DNA from: a virus
Lineage: Duplodnaviria; Caudoviricetes
Strand: one strand, 5' to 3'
DNA length: 25,915 nt
Virus record (IMG/VR): IMGVR_UViG_3300029267_000633
Location: 1 to 25,915 of that record
The notes under the pieces are model-generated. The model was given only the letters and a program-made list of their open reading frames with translations. It ran no database searches and was not told where the DNA came from. Below, piece after piece: positions 1 to 9,031 of this stretch (positions are counted from its first letter, which is position 1; every line of letters starts with the position of its first letter). The translations under genes and the position numbers were made by a program.

Positions 1-32
1 TAGAAGTAACCGAAGTTATGTATGGTTGCCAT
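1..32 (-). CDS. 5' end of next late gene (partial, runs off window)
   Basis: ATG at 32 overlaps the TAA of the upstream gene (TAATG); reads MATIHNFGYF to the window edge. Confidence 0.45.
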   Translation of the reverse strand, partial: MATIHNFGYF

Positions 33-706
33 TACGCACCCTTCACAAACTGCAAATCAACAGGCTCGATGAACGTCCGTCCGTCTGCCTGCACACTCCC
101 CGCCTTATAGAACTCGTCATCCTCCGAAAGATCGGACCCTAAAACCAGAGAACTACTGCTTACCTTTGCGTATACATCCTGTCCTGGCGTTCCTGATGGC
201 CCGTATTCGGTCAGGCCCTTTCGGAGTACCCAACACATATGATTGGCACTCTGAGCTTCAAGGGCTATCACGATTCTGCCTTTTTGCCCGGCTGAGGCAT
301 TTTCCAAAAGGCAGGCTGTTGCATTACTCCCACTGGTTACAGCCAAAACCTTCCTTGCCGTGACATTCTCGGCAAGCATTACGAAGTCATACTGAGTTTT
401 ATCCCCCAAGCCTTCGGTTGAAAGTTCCAGAGATGTTTTTGCCTGCTTGGTGCCGCTCTGGTTGTCCTCGATTATCTGACCGTAATCGACCTGATTGATA
501 AACTTAGCCAACGCCAATAGAGGATGAGTAACAACGGTCGGCATTTCGCCCAGGGTGACTTCGCAGCGGAAGCGGTTCTCTTCGCTCATAGTGTCCACTA
601 TGCGGTGTACTTTGGACGCATACCCGGTTAACGTAGTGCCTGCATCGGTGTCATTTGCCTTAATACGGTCGTGAACCTCAAGCATCATGTCCATCTTGCA
701 GACCAT
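32..706 (-). CDS. Virion/tail protein, possibly the C-terminal part of the 678-1739 product
   Basis: 224-aa ORF in the late operon; no clear SD before ATG 706; overlaps upstream ORF by 29 nt. Confidence 0.6.
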   Translation of the reverse strand: MVCKMDMMLEVHDRIKANDTDAGTTLTGYASKVHRIVDTMSEENRFRCEVTLGEMPTVVTHPLLALAKFINQVDYGQIIEDNQSGTKQAKTSLELSTEGLGDKTQYDFVMLAENVTARKVLAVTSGSNATACLLENASAGQKGRIVIALEAQSANHMCWVLRKGLTEYGPSGTPGQDVYAKVSSSSLVLGSDLSEDDEFYKAGSVQADGRTFIEPVDLQFVKGA

Positions 707-1739
707 GTAGTTGATCGGCCAACCTGTGAGCTTCCTGCGTCGTTTGAACGTCGCCTATATAAATAAATTCATCAAAAGGAAGCGTGTCGTAATCATCGTG
801 TGTCTTGGTGATTTCGTCTTGATTGGCTGCTTTGATATGGAACTTATTGGGATTGACAAGTTCATCAAACTTAAACCAGTCATACCATTGGTGATTGCCT
901 TCACCAAGATCGTATTCAGCGTCGTAACTATCCCCGCTTGTAACCGCAAAAGTATGATACTTCTGGTCACGCTCCATCCGCCCCACAATTTCAGACGATT
1001 CTATGATCGTCCGCATCATCTGCCAGCGGGTATTGGTTTCCTTGAGGAAGTAGGTCCAGTCCGGCTTTATTCCATGTCCTGTAACGCCGTTGCTATTCCA
1101 TAGCGAAGTGCTTTCCGGGGCTTCGTCTTCCCACTCTATTTCCGCCCATTCATCGGCAGGAGCTTCATTATTCCAGCTATGGAACTGGTTCTCAACTCCC
1201 GTCTTGCAGAGTACGCCGCTGAGGTATTGATAAAGATATTTCTCTTCGTCGGACCCGTCTACGTTACGGTTCCAGTCAAACCGGGTAACCTGTCTTCGCA
1301 ACTTTTCATACTTGGTTCGCTCGATTCTGTCCCACAACACAAGAACGATCTGGTTTACCCCGCTTCCTCTTGCGTGTCCGCTTCTTTTCACCCACATTGG
1401 AGCGGTTTCAATCCAGTCATTAGCGGAGATGGTCATGTCGAGGTCGCCTATCCCATAAGATATCTCAACCTGCAAGCCCTTAAAGCTGACACCGGTTAGA
1501 GAGTTGTCATTATTGTTCAGGAGTAGAACCGCTTCGTACCCCCAGGCTGTCTCGGGATGATCGAAGGAAATAATGTTTGACTTGACAGTGTAACCCGCGC
1601 TAGTCTTATTAGTCCCGTCGTTGAATTCATACCCGGACCCATATTCACCAACAACAATAGCAAGCCTGCCCTTCTGCTTTGGGTCAGTCTGTTTAGTTAC
1701 GAGAAGTGCGGCATCTCCCGCATCTGCAATAGTTCGCAT
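678..1739 (-). CDS. Putative tail/virion structural protein
   Basis: 353-aa ORF abutting the upstream stop; position after adaptor-like gene. Confidence 0.65.
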   Translation of the reverse strand: MRTIADAGDAALLVTKQTDPKQKGRLAIVVGEYGSGYEFNDGTNKTSAGYTVKSNIISFDHPETAWGYEAVLLLNNNDNSLTGVSFKGLQVEISYGIGDLDMTISANDWIETAPMWVKRSGHARGSGVNQIVLVLWDRIERTKYEKLRRQVTRFDWNRNVDGSDEEKYLYQYLSGVLCKTGVENQFHSWNNEAPADEWAEIEWEDEAPESTSLWNSNGVTGHGIKPDWTYFLKETNTRWQMMRTIIESSEIVGRMERDQKYHTFAVTSGDSYDAEYDLGEGNHQWYDWFKFDELVNPNKFHIKAANQDEITKTHDDYDTLPFDEFIYIGDVQTTQEAHRLADQLHGLQDGHDA

Positions 1740-2786
1740 TTATGACTCCGAATACTGAGGGAAAGAACCCCATTCCATGTTCTTTTTCAATTTGGCTTCG
1801 TACTGCGCTATCAGGTTATAGGAATAGTCCTTCCAGGCATCCGCAACTCTGGCGATGTCAAGATTCCCTTTGATCTCGGTTTGATAACCGACCACTTGGC
1901 TATGATATGCCCGAGCAGCAGCCAGTTCCGTCCGTGCGTACCCTTGATGATCCGAAACAGCAGTAGGCCAATCTGGAATGGTGTTTATCAGGTCGTCGCC
2001 TGATTGAAGGTAGGATACTGCCGCTTCTATCCGGGCAGTCATGGCGTCAAGGTTACTATTGACCTCGTTACCACTCCCAACCAGTGCGGCGGCATTGTCC
2101 ACATACTTACGGAACTCCTGCACCCACTCAAGGTTGGCATAAGCTATGACGCCCTGTTTAAGTAGTTCCTCGCCATGCGTGGGCAAGGTGTTGTTTGCGG
2201 CGGTCGCTCCCAGCGTGTGTATGCCGTCATAGAACAGCCGGACCCGCTCACCGATGTAACCGGTGGCCGTTGCCCCGAAAGTCGCCGCTACGGTAAGCGT
2301 CGTGGTTGTGGGGACGGTCTTAATGACATGGGTATCATCATAGTTTGAGTCGTCAGTATCGGTGATGGTCGCATAATCCCCGGCAGACATGCCATGAGCG
2401 GAACCAGTAGTAACGGTAATGTCACCCCCGCCATCATCAGCAATCGAAGAGATAGCAATCCGGGTAGGAGTGAGCGTGGTTTTGATCTCCAGCCGGTTAG
2501 CTTCTACCTGTTTAACGTGTCGATATGTCGCCGGGTCATTGCCTACCTGAAACTCAACCTTTTCAGCGTGAATGATATCATCAGCGATATTACTGATATC
2601 AATTTCGCGGATGTTCCCATAGGTGGTCATGTAGACGCGCTTTTTGCACTTGATGTACCTGGAGACTTCCTTCCTGATTTTGGCAATGATTGGATTCAAG
2701 CGGGTTGCAGTCCAGAAATCACCGTCATTATCACGCAGAAACGCCCGGATATCTTTTTGTATTTCCGTTAAAGTTGATCGTGCCAT
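1740..2786 (-). CDS. Putative head-tail adaptor-like protein with inserted Thr-rich beta domain
   Basis: Start reassigned to ATG 2786 (MARSTL; GGAGG SD; TAATG overlap). N-terminus TLTEIQKDIRAFLRD...WTATRLN resembles phage adaptor proteins; insert ITVTTGSAHGMSAGDYATIT resembles FCCH-like beta modules. Confidence 0.55.
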   Translation of the reverse strand: MARSTLTEIQKDIRAFLRDNDGDFWTATRLNPIIAKIRKEVSRYIKCKKRVYMTTYGNIREIDISNIADDIIHAEKVEFQVGNDPATYRHVKQVEANRLEIKTTLTPTRIAISSIADDGGGDITVTTGSAHGMSAGDYATITDTDDSNYDDTHVIKTVPTTTTLTVAATFGATATGYIGERVRLFYDGIHTLGATAANNTLPTHGEELLKQGVIAYANLEWVQEFRKYVDNAAALVGSGNEVNSNLDAMTARIEAAVSYLQSGDDLINTIPDWPTAVSDHQGYARTELAAARAYHSQVVGYQTEIKGNLDIARVADAWKDYSYNLIAQYEAKLKKNMEWGSFPQYSES

Positions 2787-3115
2787 TATGACGCCTCCAC
2801 TTCGGCTATAACCTGAATAGTCACCCGATCCCACATAAGGCCATCAGAGTACGATGAGGCATAGAGGACTATCGGGACATCGTACTCGCCAGCGGGGATG
2901 GATTCGTCGCCAAGGTCAAGCCGGAACTCGCCGGTAACATAGCCGTCGTTGTTCCACTTGATACAGCCGGTATCATGGGCTTCTGACGTGTACGTGGTAT
3001 CGTCAAAAGTGGCCGTGATCTTTGTAACGCCGGATATGTCTTGAGCCGAACCGTTCACCTTCGCTATCAAGTCAATAGTGTTGTTATGTCCAAGATATAA
3101 TTTCTCAATAGCCAT
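2786..3115 (-). CDS. Small structural protein, BppU N-terminal-like fold
   Basis: 109 aa, GAGGAG SD; pattern NGSAQDISG...GEFRLDL...AGEYDV. Confidence 0.55.
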   Translation of the reverse strand: MAIEKLYLGHNNTIDLIAKVNGSAQDISGVTKITATFDDTTYTSEAHDTGCIKWNNDGYVTGEFRLDLGDESIPAGEYDVPIVLYASSYSDGLMWDRVTIQVIAEVEAS

Positions 3116-3135
3116 AGTTTCTCCTCAGTCCATGC

Positions 3136-3163
3136 AAAAAGCCGCCCATTTCTGAGCGGCTTT
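3136..3163 (-). terminator. Intrinsic terminator with GAAA loop
   Basis: Minus strand GCCGCTCA-GAAA-TGGGCGGC-TTTTT, intergenic. Confidence 0.75.
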
Positions 3164-3191
3164 CTATTCACATGGACAGGCTCGGTTAGAC

Positions 3192-3590
3192 TTATGCGCC
3201 TACTTTGATCTGAGTGTCGATGGTGGGCGTCAGCTTGTCGCCGGACTCCATCACAACGTCAGCGTTGAAGCACATCAAAGCAAACAGCACGTCATCGTCA
3301 TCATTGCAAACGCCAGCACCTTTCACAGTCGCTGACTCTCCTGCCGTGAACTCATGAGTTGCCCGAATGGTGTCATCCGTTACCGTGGTTGTCTCGTTGC
3401 TGATGGTGGCGTCTGCAAGCGTCAACCCTGATTCGTCGCATTTGGTGATACCCGCATATGTCTGCGTCGCATCAGCGGTGCAACTGGTTTTTATCAGCAC
3501 CATACTTTTGAATGCTGATGCGGCCCCGCCAGCACAAAGTTTGCTGATCTCGGTGTATCCTTCGGTCGTGGGTGATTGAGTTTGAGCCAT
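3192..3590 (-). CDS. Tail/fibre-associated structural protein
   Basis: 132 aa, GGAGG SD; C-terminal pattern FTAGESATVKGAGVCN...MESGDKLTPTID resembles small phage tail proteins. Confidence 0.6.
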   Translation of the reverse strand: MAQTQSPTTEGYTEISKLCAGGAASAFKSMVLIKTSCTADATQTYAGITKCDESGLTLADATISNETTTVTDDTIRATHEFTAGESATVKGAGVCNDDDDVLFALMCFNADVVMESGDKLTPTIDTQIKVGA

Positions 3591-3605
3591 GTCCTTACCT
3601 CCCTG

Positions 3606-3932
3606 TTATTTGGTACGTACCTGAATTCGTAACCAGATACTTTTGAAAATCAATCCCGCAATAGTGGTCGGGATGTTTTCCCCTGTTCGGTGCTTGTCAA
3701 CAGTAGGATCGTCTCTGAATTTCTCGCAGAGATTCACCCTTGACCGGTTGTAGTTGATCGTCAACAGATATTTAATTTGCTCTGTGATATACCAGTGGAT
3801 GCAGAAGGCGTTCCAGCACGTGAGCGGCCCAGGCTGCTCGATACTTGCCAGTCTGCATACCAGTGTTCCATCCGCTTTCGTGTGGGGACATTCCCACTTG
3901 ATTGACATTCCCCCGCTTACTTTGGCTATCAT
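3606..3932 (-). CDS. Hypothetical protein (Cys/His-containing)
   Basis: 108 aa, GAGGAG SD, TAATG coupling with upstream gene. Confidence 0.6.
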   Translation of the reverse strand: MIAKVSGGMSIKWECPHTKADGTLVCRLASIEQPGPLTCWNAFCIHWYITEQIKYLLTINYNRSRVNLCEKFRDDPTVDKHRTGENIPTTIAGLIFKSIWLRIQVRTK

Positions 3933-6271
3933 TACTCCTCCGTACTTTCGATTGTTCTTTCATCCGTGTTTGAATCCAGAGTTCTCGTAGCAGTGTTTGA
4001 ATCCAAAGTGCGAACGTTCCATTTCGTGAACCATTTCGAAACTATTGTCAGTACGCCATTAATGAATACGACCGCTGATGTTACCGTAGCTGTCACCGAT
4101 AATCCGATAGAGGTTGAAGCGGAACGGGCAGCGATGAATAACCGGCTTCCTGTCGGAGTGAGGCCGACCGCCACAGAAGCAGAGCGGAGAATTTCAGTTA
4201 CCCGCGAGGCCGTCACGGAAAGACCTACAGCCGTTGTTGCGGAACGTCCCAAATCAGCCATTCGTGACGCGCTCACCGATAAACCAATAGCAACGGCGGA
4301 AGCTATCGCAATCCCTTTCGAGGCCGTGACACTCAAGCCGACAGCGGTAGCAGCAGAACGGGCAATCTCGGTTGCCCTGCCAGCGGTAACACTGGCACCT
4401 ATAGCAGCACTCGCAGACCTCGCAATGTCTGTTGCTCTTGATGCCGAAACTGAGAGGCCAATGGAAACAGCCGCCGATAAAGCTCTGGCAATCGAACCTG
4501 TAATACTCAAGCCGACAGCGGTAGCAGCTGTTCTTGCTATAGTGGTTGCTCTCGATGCGGTTACAGATAGCCCAATGGCGTTAGATGCCGAACGGGCTAT
4601 CTCAGTTACCCTTGATGCACTGACAGATAAGCCAATAGATTGAGCAGCAGAGCGGGCAATCTCGGTTGCCCTGCCAGCGGTTATGGATAACCCGACAGCC
4701 ACAGCCGCCGAGCGAACCCGGTTGAATACTTTGCTGGCAGCTACACTAAGGCCAACCGCTACACTGGCGGACCTTTCGGCAATGAATTCCCGGCCAGCCG
4801 AAACCGCTTCCCCGATGGCGACATTTGCCAATCTCTCAATATCTGTTGATCGGCTGCCCGACACGGAAAGCCCTATTGCTACACTGGCCGACTCGGTGTA
4901 GTTTCCACCCGTCGAATACGTCACAGCCAGCGCAGGCTTATTACTGCCGTAATCAGCACAGTAAAACTGAAATCCCATAGCTTTACTCGCTACCCAAGTA
5001 GGCTTATCGCTTGGATCACACTTCAACCTAGAACCGAACTTTGAAGCCCCTGCGTCGTCAATCGCTGCTATCCCTGTTTCGTTGAGTGTGAACACATTGT
5101 CGCCACTCGAATTCCACGACCCCTCTGCGATTTCGTTGGCTAGGCTAGTAGTTCCAAGCGAATCATAATCACCTGCAACTAGTGAACCATCACTTGCAGG
5201 GGCAGATGACACGATTATGATCGTGGGAGTGCCTAACGTGGTATAGCTGTTAGTACCGCGCAGCGTAATAGTTGAGCCGGATATGGATAGCCCGGACGGT
5301 AAATCCGAAGTGTCGAAGACTAGAATCGGCCTGTATACAGATGAAAACTGGTCTGAGGTATTGCTTGTGCTGACATATGAATAGGCATAGTCTTCGGTAT
5401 CTCGCGCAGTTCCCGTAGCTGCCCCAACAGCATTGCTCCATATGTCATTCCCAGACCAGAACAAGTAACCGTCAACGCTGGTATTCCCGCCGCCTGATCC
5501 CGTATCCGGGTAAAAAGTGCTCGAATCTCCAATTGCTACAGGTATTTGCAGCATGGCTGCTATCGCTGCAAGCTGTTCGTACTGTTTAGCGGTAACAATC
5601 TCTCGGTCTGGGGAAACCGCAAACCTGCCCAGTTTGAGAAACCAATCACCTGTCTGGTTGTAGTCAAAACGGAAATCTTTGCCCGGATTCTCAATGATTA
5701 CCCATCTATTAATCAATTTCCCTTCGATGATGCGGGAGTACCGCCTGCACCATTCATAGTCCCAAACCAGCACGTTAGCTTTGTAATTGGGGTTCGCAGG
5801 GTCATCTATCCACTCAGGGGTGATCGATTTCGGTTTCCACAGCTTCTCGTCAAGGAATAACTCAGGCTGGAACTGGACTTTCTGTCCTGCTTTCCGCCCG
5901 TCCGGCTGGTCGCACAAAACCTCGATTTCACACTGAGTTCCCTTTACAGTCGCCCGGAAAAGGTTGTGCTGTGAGACATAAGCCCCTGTCAGCGAGTCGT
6001 AAGTCCAGCCCGGATCGAGGGAATAACTATCACTGTCGCACATCGCTAACCCTTGAGACACGAGGATGTGATGGGTCTTGTTGATGATCCCATCAGTGAA
6101 CTTGTAGCCTTTGGAGTACGGAGAGCCGCCATGCTGCCTAGCGTTGTATTCCTTGCAGAATTCAACCCGTTCGATAGGGACGCCCAACTGATCCATCATG
6201 CGAATGACAACAGGATCAGTGCATTCCTTGTTGACGATGGGTTCGGTTAAAAGTCGTTGCGGTGTAATCAT
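3932..6271 (-). CDS. Fibre/spike-like virion protein with DNRLRE-like beta-sandwich and C-terminal 20-aa repeats
   Basis: 779 aa; YRPILVFDTSDLPSGLSISGSTITL...KPALAVTY motif pair; 14 repeat units. Confidence 0.65.
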   Translation of the reverse strand: MITPQRLLTEPIVNKECTDPVVIRMMDQLGVPIERVEFCKEYNARQHGGSPYSKGYKFTDGIINKTHHILVSQGLAMCDSDSYSLDPGWTYDSLTGAYVSQHNLFRATVKGTQCEIEVLCDQPDGRKAGQKVQFQPELFLDEKLWKPKSITPEWIDDPANPNYKANVLVWDYEWCRRYSRIIEGKLINRWVIIENPGKDFRFDYNQTGDWFLKLGRFAVSPDREIVTAKQYEQLAAIAAMLQIPVAIGDSSTFYPDTGSGGGNTSVDGYLFWSGNDIWSNAVGAATGTARDTEDYAYSYVSTSNTSDQFSSVYRPILVFDTSDLPSGLSISGSTITLRGTNSYTTLGTPTIIIVSSAPASDGSLVAGDYDSLGTTSLANEIAEGSWNSSGDNVFTLNETGIAAIDDAGASKFGSRLKCDPSDKPTWVASKAMGFQFYCADYGSNKPALAVTYSTGGNYTESASVAIGLSVSGSRSTDIERLANVAIGEAVSAGREFIAERSASVAVGLSVAASKVFNRVRSAAVAVGLSITAGRATEIARSAAQSIGLSVSASRVTEIARSASNAIGLSVTASRATTIARTAATAVGLSITGSIARALSAAVSIGLSVSASRATDIARSASAAIGASVTAGRATEIARSAATAVGLSVTASKGIAIASAVAIGLSVSASRMADLGRSATTAVGLSVTASRVTEILRSASVAVGLTPTGSRLFIAARSASTSIGLSVTATVTSAVVFINGVLTIVSKWFTKWNVRTLDSNTATRTLDSNTDERTIESTEE
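4070..4897 (-). repeat. Coding tandem repeat, ~60 bp / 20 aa x 14 (consensus RSAxxAIGLSVxASRxTEIA)
   Basis: Directly visible in translation; some units identical at DNA level (e.g. cgggcaatctcggttgccctgccagcggt near 4360 and 4653). Confidence 0.9.
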
Positions 6272-6280
6272 CGTTCAAAT

Positions 6281-6307
6281 AAAAAAGGGGGCTTTGCGCT
6301 CCCCTTT
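6281..6307 (-). terminator. Intrinsic terminator
   Basis: AAAGGGGAGC-GCAAA-GCCCCCTTT followed by T-run on the minus strand, intergenic. Confidence 0.6.
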
Positions 6308-6325
6308 GGTTTAGTTGGAAATTGG

Positions 6326-6679
6326 TTATGCCAGTGGCTTGACTCCCCTTATGTAGAAGTCAACCGCTGCCGTTGTTTGAGCGGCCCCCAACACAATTGT
6401 CACGAATTGGGCGCAGACGTTCTTGAACACATTCATGCCGGCACCAGTCCTTGCAGTCGTGGTGTTCACGTAGTCTCCGGTAGCGTCGGCATCGAAGGTG
6501 TATGCCTGCACGGCAGTACCACCCGTTTCTCTCATTGGTTTAACTGTAATAGTGGCACTGTCGATTGCCGGATTGTATACCTGCACATCCTCAAATTCGT
6601 ATCCCAGGTCTGTTTCTGACGATGTGGTGCCATTCTTATCGATGGTTACTTTCTTCCACGGTCCAATAGAATTGCTCAT
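6326..6679 (-). CDS. Hypothetical beta-rich virion protein
   Basis: 117 aa, GGAGG SD, in capsid gene cluster. Confidence 0.65.
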   Translation of the reverse strand: MSNSIGPWKKVTIDKNGTTSSETDLGYEFEDVQVYNPAIDSATITVKPMRETGGTAVQAYTFDADATGDYVNTTTARTGAGMNVFKNVCAQFVTIVLGAAQTTAAVDFYIRGVKPLA

Positions 6680-6680
6680 G

Positions 6681-7082
6681 TCACGCCTCCCTTATCGCCT
6701 TAATCAAAGCGTCTCTCTTCTGATTTGATTTGATACCGAGCTTTTGGGCGATCTGTTGCAATTTCGGGTACTCTTTGCCCTCTAAATCGGCATCTACTAT
6801 AACGGGATCGAATGTTGCGGTTTCCTCAGTGTCGGCCACCTTTTCAGCTTCCGGTTCTGGTGGTACTTCGGGCTTAGGTTCGATCATGGGGTATCCTCGC
6901 CCGCAGATAGGGCAAAACCCGGTCACAATATCCCCGCCCTCAGTATCTTTGCCGAACTCAATAGCAGGAGTTACCACGCCTAGAAAGTCGTGCTTGCAGT
7001 TGTCGCACTCTGAAACCGGGTATTTCAACAGGGCTTTGTTTATGTCGCCCTTTGATCTTTTCTTTGGTGTTACGGTTTCCAT
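6681..7082 (-). CDS. Zn-ribbon plus Rho-N/HeH-like helical domain protein
   Basis: CDNC...CPICG, and C-terminal YPKLQQIAQKLGIKSNQKRDALIKAI. Confidence 0.65.
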   Translation of the reverse strand: METVTPKKRSKGDINKALLKYPVSECDNCKHDFLGVVTPAIEFGKDTEGGDIVTGFCPICGRGYPMIEPKPEVPPEPEAEKVADTEETATFDPVIVDADLEGKEYPKLQQIAQKLGIKSNQKRDALIKAIREA

Positions 7083-7097
7083 AAACCCCCTTAAGAT

Positions 7098-7123
7098 GAG
7101 CGGGGAGCCGAAGCCCCCCGCTC
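7098..7123 (-). terminator. GC-rich C(UUCG)G hairpin after the decoration gene (stabiliser or weak terminator)
   Basis: GAGCGGGGGGC-TTCG-GCTCCCCGCTC on the minus strand; no long U-tract. Confidence 0.5.
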
Positions 7124-7130
7124 TCAGTTC

Positions 7131-7937
7131 TTAGAATCCCAATCGCAGGAAAACGATGGCCGTTTCCGTGTCGGCAACACCGGGTGTCATCATTTCACCG
7201 ATGATGACTTCGGTGGTGACTGCGGCCATCGGATCGGCCTTCGCTGCGGTCGTTCCGACCACAACCAGCGTCCCGAGGGCGCAGGCAGCGTGCATGACTA
7301 CCGGAGCCGGGCCAGCGCACTGGCACCAGAAGTAGTAGGATGCGGTGACAGCGATCAACGGCACGCCGATCACCTTACCGGTGACAACGGCCGCAGTTGC
7401 GATAACCTTGTAGTACGGGCTACGAACAATCCCCGCCTCACTGGAAGTAGTCAACGCGATAGTCAGCGCGTCGTACAGGTTGAAGGTCGAGTCACCAGTA
7501 GTTACCAGGGCATCATTACTGATAATCTTCCTTAACTGGCCTTCGCCTGCCTCGTCATTGACCACCATGTAGCCTTCCTTGAAGTCGTTGGCTACGTTGT
7601 TCGGCGCACCGTCAAGGTTGGCCGTTGAGGTCAGTTCGACAGCCGTAGCCGCGATGGCAGCAGCAGCACCGACAACAATGTCATCGTCCTGCTCTGCATG
7701 TACCGCAGCAGCCGACTGCACCGGAGCCGCGATATTCAACGCAACCGAGCCATTCTTGCAATAGACCCACTTCCGGTCGCCATCGATGAGGATGGTTCCC
7801 AGGGGGAATAGCTGTGTAGCGGACTCAGCAAACGGGTCAGCCAGGTTGTTGTTCAACGAATAGTCACCATCATTGTTTCGGGGAAAGTGGATGATGTACC
7901 CGTTGTTGGATTCAACAGGGAAATTGTAGTTCGTCAT
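7131..7937 (-). CDS. Capsid decoration/cement-like protein
   Basis: 268 aa directly after the capsid gene; ATQLFPLGT...RKWVYCK and YYFWCQCAGP motifs; AGGAGG SD. Confidence 0.6.
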   Translation of the reverse strand: MTNYNFPVESNNGYIIHFPRNNDGDYSLNNNLADPFAESATQLFPLGTILIDGDRKWVYCKNGSVALNIAAPVQSAAAVHAEQDDDIVVGAAAAIAATAVELTSTANLDGAPNNVANDFKEGYMVVNDEAGEGQLRKIISNDALVTTGDSTFNLYDALTIALTTSSEAGIVRSPYYKVIATAAVVTGKVIGVPLIAVTASYYFWCQCAGPAPVVMHAACALGTLVVVGTTAAKADPMAAVTTEVIIGEMMTPGVADTETAIVFLRLGF

Positions 7938-7959
7938 GTTCTCATACCTCCTTTTTCAC

Positions 7960-9018
7960 CTAGACGGTGATAGCCGCCTTCGTGAAGTCGAACATCCGGC
8001 AAATGGCGTACTTGCTGCCATTAATCAGGCAGGAATTGACGCTGGTTCTCAGTGCCTTGGCGATCTTGCTTTCCAGCTTGTCGAAGTATTCAAGTTGAAT
8101 CATCTTTTCTGTTCCATCGTTGTCGATGGTCCCTACGGCCAGAGCAAGACCGGGATCGGCCTTGTCAATTCCGTTGGTCCGCAGCTTAACGCCGAACAAG
8201 GAATACATCGCCGTGCCAGAACTGTACTTGGCGCGTGCGTCGCTGCCAACGCCGGTGTTGGCCTGCTCTGCCACCAAGTAGTCAGAGGGGATCAGTGGGA
8301 TGTTGTCCCACATCAGCAAACGAGTACCAAGCTGGTTGGTATTCCACTGCACATTACCCATCGTCCCGGCAGTACCCGTTGCCAATCCTGCAAGACCTTT
8401 TTCTTGGAAGGCCGCGCTCAGGTAGGTAGGCAACCAGTACGGAACCAGCCAGAAATCAATGCCGTGGCGCATCTCATCGGCCATATTGCGCCAGTTCATC
8501 AGGCTCAGGGCAGTTTCGCCAGCATCTACGTCCCAATCTTCGCCAGCACTCACCGCAGCTAGAGCGTGCATTCCATCCATCTCAAGCGATGCGTCCGAAC
8601 CATAGGTGATGTCGTCATAGAGAACCTTGTCACCCAGGGCTACCAACATATCATTGACCATCGACTGATACTGGATTTCCTCATAGTCGTTCATGGTCTT
8701 GTGGATGGATTTGTAGAACTTGTCCAGGGCCTCATATTTGTAGCACTGTTTGAGGTACGCGGTCTGCTTATCGAAGGTCGCGCCCTCAGTCAGCACCGTG
8801 GTCGTACCTTTGCCACTGTTTTTCACGTCAGTAGACGTGTCAGTGGTCTTGCGAAGCCAATCGATCTGTTCGCCTGTCCCATCACCGGTTACCGTAGCAA
8901 TGGTGTCAATCGGGTTGCCCCGCTTCTGGTTGTCATCTACATAGCCAGCGACGAGGGTAGGCTGAGTGGCCTTCATGGCCTCTACGAAATTCTCAAAATG
9001 TCCACCGGATAAAGCCAT
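7960..9018 (-). CDS. Major capsid protein (HK97 fold inferred)
   Basis: 352 aa, follows scaffold; LYDD...EMDGM and WDNIPLIPSDYL segments typical of capsid proteins; AGGAGG SD. Confidence 0.75.
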   Translation of the reverse strand: MALSGGHFENFVEAMKATQPTLVAGYVDDNQKRGNPIDTIATVTGDGTGEQIDWLRKTTDTSTDVKNSGKGTTTVLTEGATFDKQTAYLKQCYKYEALDKFYKSIHKTMNDYEEIQYQSMVNDMLVALGDKVLYDDITYGSDASLEMDGMHALAAVSAGEDWDVDAGETALSLMNWRNMADEMRHGIDFWLVPYWLPTYLSAAFQEKGLAGLATGTAGTMGNVQWNTNQLGTRLLMWDNIPLIPSDYLVAEQANTGVGSDARAKYSSGTAMYSLFGVKLRTNGIDKADPGLALAVGTIDNDGTEKMIQLEYFDKLESKIAKALRTSVNSCLINGSKYAICRMFDFTKAAITV

Positions 9019-9031
9019 TGGCTTTTACCTC

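Noticed and set aside
4070-4897. Diversity-generating retroelement TR/VR pair
   Set aside because: Repeats are in-frame tandem units, I saw no adenine-specific mismatch pattern, and there is no reverse transcriptase in the window.
3966-4901. Plus-strand ORFs of 225 and 72 aa
   Set aside because: Antisense shadows of the Ala/Ser/Val repeat gene; no SD.
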